A stretch of 64,000 nucleotides of DNA from Clostridia bacterium (lineage in GTDB: Bacteria > Bacillota > Clostridia > TANB77 > CAG-508): the NCBI GenBank assembly GCA_017536685.1, contig JAFXGW010000009.1, forward strand, positions 15,660 through 79,659, written 5' to 3'. Numbering within the stretch: position 1 is the stretch's first letter; each line of letters begins with the position of its first letter. Shown piece after piece: positions 28,401 to 37,400 of the stretch. The translations under genes were made by a program, and so were the position numbers. Below the pieces are notes generated by a model. That model saw only the letters and a program-made list of their open reading frames with translations, was not told the origin of the DNA and searched no databases.

Positions 28401-31400
28401 ATCAGAATCAGATGTTAGTTCTCTAACTAAAGATGGCGGATATATAGATATATTAAGTTTTTCAGTAGATACAGAATTGCCTAATGGGACATTTTTAAAA
28501 TGTAATGGTAAAAAAGATGCCGCTATTGTTAAATACGATTCAAAAAATAATATTGAATGGGTAAGAACTATTGGTGGGGCTGGTGACGACTCAATTAGTC
28601 AAATAATAGAAACAAAAACAGGAGATTATATTGTAGGTGGATCGTTTAAAAGTAATATTATAGAACTTGAAAATAATATTACATTAACTAATAGTAGTGA
28701 TAAAAATATTGCAGATTCAATGATAATGAAATACTCAGAAAATGGTGAGTTAAAGTGGGCTAAATCTATTCTTATAAAAGACAAAGAAAATTATAAATCA
28801 GAAGATGAACATGAATATATTCGTGAAATTATAGAAACTAAAGATGGTGGATATTTAATAAATGGATATTTTTATGATAAATGGGAATATGAAGATGAAA
28901 TATATGATACAGATAGCAATTTAGTTAAATTTTCTGAAAGCGGGCATGAAGAATGGCAAAGATCTATAACAGGATATAGATATGAAGAAATATACGATAT
29001 ATTAGAAATCGACGATATTGGTTTTATAGTGGTAGGTGGTGCGTCTGATTCTAGTCCTGATTTTGGCGAAGGATTAACTTTAGATTGTGAGTGGAATGAA
29101 GGTTTTATAGTGAATTATACAGCTAATGGAGACATAAAAATGGTTCGAAAACGCTATAGTTCTGATATAAAGCAAACAAGTGATGGGGGATGGATTGAAT
29201 GGGGAACTTTCGCTAAACAAACCTTAGATTTGGGAGATGGATTTATATTACAGGGTTATGATGATGACTTTTATAATAGTGATATTGTAATAATAAAATA
29301 TAACAAAGATTGGAAGATTGAATGGGCTAAAGCTATTGGTGGTGATGATGATGATTATATATCTAATGTAATAGAAACTAGCGATGGTGGATACTTAGCC
29401 ACAGGACATTTCAACAGTTTAGATATAAATCTAGAAAATAAGTTTATATTTACTAATACAAGTAATTCATATTATGATGAAGAAGGAATTATAATAAAGT
29501 ACGGCAAAGATGGAACTTTAGAATGGGCAAATACGGCAAAAGGAGCTAATGGCAGAGAGTATTTTACAGATGCAGTAGAAACTTCAGATAATGGATATAT
29601 AGTTTTGGGTGAATTTGCAAGTGATACAGTAGATTTAGGTGATGGAAAGACAATAACAGGTGGATATACAGATATAGTGTTAGTAAAATATAATAAATAT
29701 GGAAAAGTAGATTGCGCTAAAAAAATTGATGCGAATAGTTCATCAGTTTATTCTTTCGAAAAAATATCAGAAGGAAAATATACTTTAGAAGTTGCTTTAA
29801 GAGATGCTGAAGTAGAATTAGATAATGGAGAAATTGTTACTATAGATGATGATATTGTTACGTTTACAATTGAAGATTTATTAGAAATACAAGAAACCCA
29901 AGAATTGATTGTTGAAAATAATAGAAAAGAATTTAATATTACAACAGATATAGAAAAAACAGAGGGAGTAAAAGGCGGAACAATTTCAGGAGAAGATGAA
30001 GTACCTTATGAAACAATAAAATATGGAGACAATTCAACAAAAGAAATAAAACTTGTTCCAGAAGGTGAATATGAGATTATATCTATAAAAGTAAATGGAG
30101 AAGAAACAGTATTTAATACTGCCGAAGACGGTTCATATATAATGCCGATATTTACAAATGTAACAGAAGACTTACATATAGTAGCGAAGTTTGGACTAAA
30201 AGAAAATACATTTACTATAAATAAAATAGATAGTGAAACAAAAGAACCGTTAGAAGGTGCTGTATTTAAATTAGACCAATTAGAAGAAAGAGAAACACCA
30301 GCTCATGTTATTGGAGAGATAAATGATAATGGTGAGACATATTATGAGTTAAATAAAGAAACAGAAGGAGTGTTAGGCAATTTAGTAGATAATGGACAAA
30401 CATATACATTAATAGATGAGACAAATCAAATTACAGATGCTTTAGGTGAGTTGACTGACAATGGAAGTTATGTATTTGTAAAAGAAACAAATGCATATGG
30501 AGAGGAAGTATATGTACCAACAAATAGTAAAACATATCAGCTAGCAAATGGAGGTGCTGCTGGAATATCAAGTTCTGTAGCAAATTCATATATACCTATA
30601 GACTTAACTGGATACCAAGGTAAATATATGCTTGTTGTTAATGCAACAATATCAAGTGGTTACTCTGATTATGGATATGCTACTGTTACAACAACAACAT
30701 ATGCTCCTGGTTATTATAATTCAACAGGAAGATTTATATATGATTATGGAACTTATGTTGGTACTAAAAATTATACAGCCAATGTATTAGAGGGTGGAAA
30801 AAAATATTACTTACATTTGGGATATAGCAAAAATTATAGTGGAGATTCAGGTAGTGATCAAATAATCTTTAACAGTATTAAATTATATGGAACTAAAGAT
30901 ATAACATATAATTTTGTTGAGAAAGATGGAAAATATGAATCAACAAATCAAGGAATGTCTAGTACAGTTTCAAATTCATATATACCAATAGATTTAACAA
31001 ATTGCACTGGAAAATATTCTGTAGTTTTAAATGCGCAAGTATCATGTATATATGGAAATTGTGGATACGCAACAATAACCCAAAGTACTTCAAGACCTGC
31101 ATATAATTCAACAACAGGAAGATTCGTTTATATAGATGGAATTTCATCAGAATCAAATAATTATCAATCTGAACTATTAGAAGGTGGAAAGATATATTAT
31201 TTACACTTAGGATATTATAAAAATGCAACTGCAAATGGTGGAGAAGATAAATTTACTGTCAATAGCGTAAAAGTATATAATACTATGCCAACAGTATATG
31301 GTTTTGTTGAAGAAGATGGAAAATATAAATCAAGTATTAATGGGTTAGATTCAAGAACCGCAAATTCATATTTCTTAGTAGATTTAACAGATTACGAAGG

Positions 31401-34400
31401 AAAATATAATTTGATAGTAAATGCAAATATTTCTAGTGAAGTTGGTGATTATGGATATGCTACTATAAGCCAAAATGCTAATACACCAAATTATGATCAA
31501 ACAGAAGGAAGATTTATATATATTTCTGGAACAACTGAAAGTTCTATAACACCAACAGATTATACAACAGTATTAGAAGGCGGAAACAAATATTATTTAC
31601 ATGTAGGATATTATAAAAATTCTACGACAAATGAGGGGGATGATGAATTTGTAATAAATTCTATAAAAGTAGTACCAAATGGAGAACACTTATATCACAC
31701 AGAGGTAACAACAAATAGTCAAGGAAGTGCAAAGGTTGAAATTCCTCATGGTATATATTCAATAAAAGAAATTATTGCACCAGAAGGATATGAATTAAAT
31801 GAAAATGCTACAGTAGTAGAATTTAGAAAAGATTCAGCTCAAGAAATTACAATAGATAACTCTATACTTGCGAAGGTAATTGTAAATCATAATGAAGCTA
31901 TTGAAAATGAAGATGGAACTGTTACATATACAGAACATCCACTTGCAGAAATAGATATTTTAGAGGATAAAGCAGGACACCCATATTCAACTAGTCCTAA
32001 ACTAGACCTTGCAGAGCATGAACTAGAAACAAATGAAGATGGAAGTTATAAATTACCGGAAAATGCAACAGGACAATTCGTTTCAGGAGAACAAGAAGTA
32101 ACTTATTATTATATGAGAAAATCAATACCAATTATAGTAAATCATTATATTGAAGGAACTGAAACACCAGTAATTTTAAACGATGGAAGTAGTGTTGAAG
32201 AAATAATAAGTTATGGTAATGCTGGTCAAGAATATACAACGCAGGCAATATCAGCTGAAGAACTGCACGAGAAATATGAACTTGTAGAAATTCCAAGTAA
32301 TGCAACTGGAACATTTGAATATTCTGACGTTGTAGTAAATTACTATTATAGAATAAAAACATTTGATATATCAACAAGAGTTGAAGAAAAAATTGAAACA
32401 ACAGTAACAGGTGAAACAAAGATAGTTAAAGGTGGTACAATTTCTGGAGATGGAGAAGAGTTTTATGAAATTGTAGAGTATGGACAATCTAATGAAAAAG
32501 AAATAATTGTAACTCCTGAAGATGATGCACATAAAGTAAGTCAAATTACAATTAATGGTGAAAATTATGAATTTTTGGAAAATGAAGATGGAACAGTGAC
32601 TTTACCTATATTTGAAAATATAACTGAAGATATCAAAATTGTTGTAACATTTGAAAGAATCCTTACAAAAGTGATGGTTCATCATTATATAGAAGGCACA
32701 GAAACGTCAGTTAAATTTAAAAATGGAGATGCTGTACCAGATGAATATTATGAAAAACAATATGGAGAAATATATGAAACAAAATGTATTTCAGAAGAAA
32801 ACTTATATCCGACATATGAATTATGTTCAATTCCAAATAATAATACAGGAACAGTAGGAAATGATACGATAATTGTTACTTATTATTATAAATTAAAAGA
32901 CTATACATTAGAATTAACTAAATATGAAGCAAAAGAAGAGAATATATTACCAGGAGTTAAGTTTAAATTAATTGATTGCTCAACTGGAAATGCAAAAGAA
33001 TATGAAACAGACGAAAATGGGCGACTATCGATAAGTAATTTAATTGCAGAAAAACAGTATGAAATACGCGAAATAGAAACTGCTGAAGGATATTTATTAA
33101 ATAATTCTAAAAAAGTATTTTCTTTAGAAACAGTTGATTCTAAATTAAAATTAAAAGTATTAGATGGTTCATTTAAAGAAACAGAAGATGAAATTGTAAT
33201 AGAAAATGCAAACGGAAACAATCCAATTGTAAAAGTAAGTTTAGAAAATGAGACGATATTTACTTTGACTAAAAAAGATAGTAAAGGTAATAAATTATTA
33301 CCAGGTGCCAAATTTACTATTAAAGAAATAGCTGAAGAAAATGGTACAACTATAGAAAAAGATGCTAAAGATGGCTATGGAAATTTGGTTGGTCAAGAAG
33401 AACAAATAAATGGAGAAAACTTGAGAGTGGTAACTACTAATGAAAATGGTGAAATAAATATACCATTAAAAGCTGGAAAATATAAGCTTACAGAAGTACA
33501 AGCACCAGAAAACTATTTAATAGGTGAAAATAATTTTCATTATATTGAAATACAAGCTAATGAACCACCAACTTATGATATTAATCAAACTTGGGAAGGT
33601 AATTTATATGGTGATAAATTTACAAAATTAAATGATAATGGATTTGTTAGCTTTATAAACTTTAGAGATATGATAATAATTCCTGCGGAAAATACTACAA
33701 ATAATCAAGAAATTGAATTAATATCTACTAATGGAAGTTCAGATATTGGTATTATAAAATATAATTCTGATTTTAAAATTGAATTTGTAAAAAACATAGC
33801 TACAAATAATGATGAATATGTAAACTCAGTATTTGCTACCTCTGATGGAGGATACATAGTATTAGGCGAAATTGTAGGGCATCCAACAGTAATTGATGGT
33901 GAACTTCAAATTTCAACAGAAAATAATTCATTGGATGGAGCTGTGGCAATTAAGTATAATTTACAAGGTAATGTTGAATGGGTAAATAAGATAAATTCAG
34001 ATTATGGATATTCATATAATAGTAATGCTATAGAGACAACCTCAGGAGAGTTTGTTGTATTTGGATATTCTAGTAACTCTATAACAATTCCAGCAGAAGC
34101 TACTGTAGATAATCAAGAAATAAGAATAAATTCAGGATACTATGTTCTGCTATTGACAGATGATGGAAAAATTAAATGGATTTATGTAGATCAAAGTTGG
34201 AAATATTATTGGAGTGATAGTACAGCTTATGAAACTGCAAATGATAATATATTAATAATACCAAATAAATATGGAGATTTAAAATATTTGGAAATCTCTT
34301 TAAAAGATGGAATGATTACAAACGAATATGATGCGTCAAATTACATGACTTCACTTCAAGACATTACAACACTTACTGTTGATGAGATAAGAATAGCAAA

Positions 34401-37400
34401 AGATAAGTGTATTATAATAACTGGTTATATAGTACAAAATGAAACTATATCATCTGAACACACAGTTAAAGGTGAAGAAATTAAATTAAATTCAAATCAA
34501 GGTTCACCTACAGAATTTATTTTGAAATTAAATAGTGATTTGAAAATCGAATGGATACAAACATTTGAAGGATCTAAAATGACAATGCCTTATGATTTGT
34601 ATGTAGATGAAGAGGGTAAATGTGTTATATTAGGTATGTTAATGGGAAATTTAGTTATTAATGCTGATAAAACATTTAGTAATAAAGAAATTACTCTTTT
34701 GGCTGATGAGAATGTTCCTAGTAATTTGATTATTAAATTAAATGATGAAGGAAAAATCGAATGGGCAGATTCAAGCATACCTTACCAAAAAGTGCAATAT
34801 CAAACAATTTATTCAATTTCAGACGATGAATACATGTTATATTATAATTATATGCAAAGTATTTTAAAAGAGACAAAGCAAGAAGCTGTAATAGCAGAAA
34901 AGGTAAATTTAGAAGTAACCAATACTTATAATGGACCAATGAATGAAATTTCTGCTACACTAGAAAAAAATGGTCTGCAAAAAATTACTTCATTAAAGAC
35001 AAATGTAAATTATGAAATAAAATATAATGCAGTAATAGAACATTGTGAAGGAAAAGCTAAAGTTACAATAGTTGATAAATTACCATATCCAATTACAGTA
35101 GAAGCTTCAAATCTAGATAATGGAATATATGATTCAACAACAAATACTATTACTTGGATAGAAGAAATAAATAATATTAATACATTTACAAATGATGAAC
35201 CACAAAATATTGAATTTATCAAAAATATAAGTTTAAAATATAATTTTGAAGAAAATTTAGAAGAATTAGAAAATGTAGAAAATATTGTAACTGTAAAAAT
35301 TGAAATATTAACTCAAAATGAAGAAAATCCGGATGAATATATTGTTATAAAAGAAGATGAGCAAGTTGCAACAGAAAATACTCCGGTAGATTTAGAAACA
35401 GTATATACAATAAACTACTATTATGAAAATCAATTAAATGAAACTAAAACTGAAACCATAAAAACACAAGTAGGAACAGAAATTACTGAGTATCCAGATA
35501 AATTAGAAGAAGGATATGAAGTTGATAGAGTTGAAAACTTACCATTGATAATAGATGAAGATTCAAGTAAAAATATAATAAATGTATATTATAAATTGAA
35601 AGCTTCTCAAATAATTGTGAAATATTTAGACAAAGAAACTAAATATGAATTGGAAAAAGATGTGATTATAGATGGTAAAATATTTGATACTCATGATTTA
35701 TCAACAAATAAAAAAGACATCGAAGGATATACTTTAACCTGGGAACCTGAAAATCTTCAAGTAGAATTTACAGAAGAAAATCAAACTTTTATATTCTACT
35801 ATGCTAAGAATACTCGTGTAATAGTGAAATATCTTGAAAAAGATGATACACCAAGTAATGATGATAATTTAGTAATTGATGAAGAAACAATTATTGAAGG
35901 ATATGTTGACAAAGAATATAAAACAATACAAAAAGATATTGAGAAATATATCTTCGCAGAGTCAACAGAAAATACAGAAGGAAGAATGGCAAGACTTCCA
36001 ATTGAAGTAATTTACTACTATACAAAACAAAAATCTGGTCTACATGAAAAACACGTAGATGTAAAAACAAATGAAGTTTTGGATAGCTTATATCATGAAT
36101 TACCATTAGATGAAACTTATACGATAAATTCGGAAGAATTTGATGGATATGATATTGCTAAAAATAAAGATATTTATACAGAAGAAGAGCTTACAGAAAA
36201 TCAATTAAATCCAGATGAAAATTATATTCCTGAAAATTTTGAAGGTATTGTAACAATTGAACCAATAGAAGTTAAATATTATTACATTAGAAAAACTTCT
36301 GTTAAAGTAGAGTATATTGATAATGTAACAGGAGAAGTAATTAAAGAAACTGTTGAAATTGATGAAGATGAAGATGGAATTATTGACAGAACAGAACAAA
36401 AAGATTCAACAGAAGTAATTGAAGGACATGAAGGTGACGAATATACAACAAATTCAAAAGAATTTGATGGATATATTTTAGTAGAAGAAAAAATTCCTGA
36501 AAACTCTGAAGGTACAATGGATGTTGTAACTGATGAAGATGGAAATGTAATAACTGAAACAGTAGTAAAATATTATTATGTTCAAGAAACAAAAGTTATC
36601 GAAAGACATATTGATATTAAGACTGGAAAAGAACTTGAACCAGAGATTATTCATGAAGGATATGAGGGTAAGGAATACAAAATAGAAGATAAAGAATTCG
36701 AAGGATATGATTTAGTAAAAGAACAATTACCAGAAAATGCGGAAGGTACAATGACAAAAGAAATAATTGAGGTAAATTACTATTATATCAGAAAAGCTAA
36801 AGTTGTTGTTGAATATTTAGACAAGACAACAGGAGAGAAAATCTTTGAAATTGCAGAAAAAGACAATGATGGAGACGGAATTACAGATGAAGAAGTAAAA
36901 GTAGACTCTACTGAAGAAATCGAAGGACATGAAGGGGAGGCTTATGAGGCTACAAGAAAAGAGTTTGATGGATATAAATTAATTGAAGAAGAACGTCCTG
37001 AAAATGAAAAAGGAACAATGATAGTAATAGTAAAAGAAGATGGAACTGTAGACGATACAATTTATGTAAGATATTATTATTCAAAAGTTGAAGAAAAGCC
37101 AGGAGAAGATCCTGAGGAACCGGTGAAACCAGATGATCCAGAAAAGCCAGGAGATCCTGAGGAACCGGTGAAACCAAATGATCCAGAAAAGCCAGAAGAT
37201 CCTGAGGAACCGGAGAAACCAGATGATCCAGAAAAGCCAGGAGATCCTGAAGAGCCAGAGAAACCAGATGATCCAGAAAAGCCAGGAGATCCTGAAGAGC
37301 CAGAGAAACCAGATGATCCAGAAAAGCCAGGAGATCCTGAAGAACCAGAGAAACCAAATGAACCAGAAAAACCAGGAAATCCTGAGGATTCTGAAGAACC

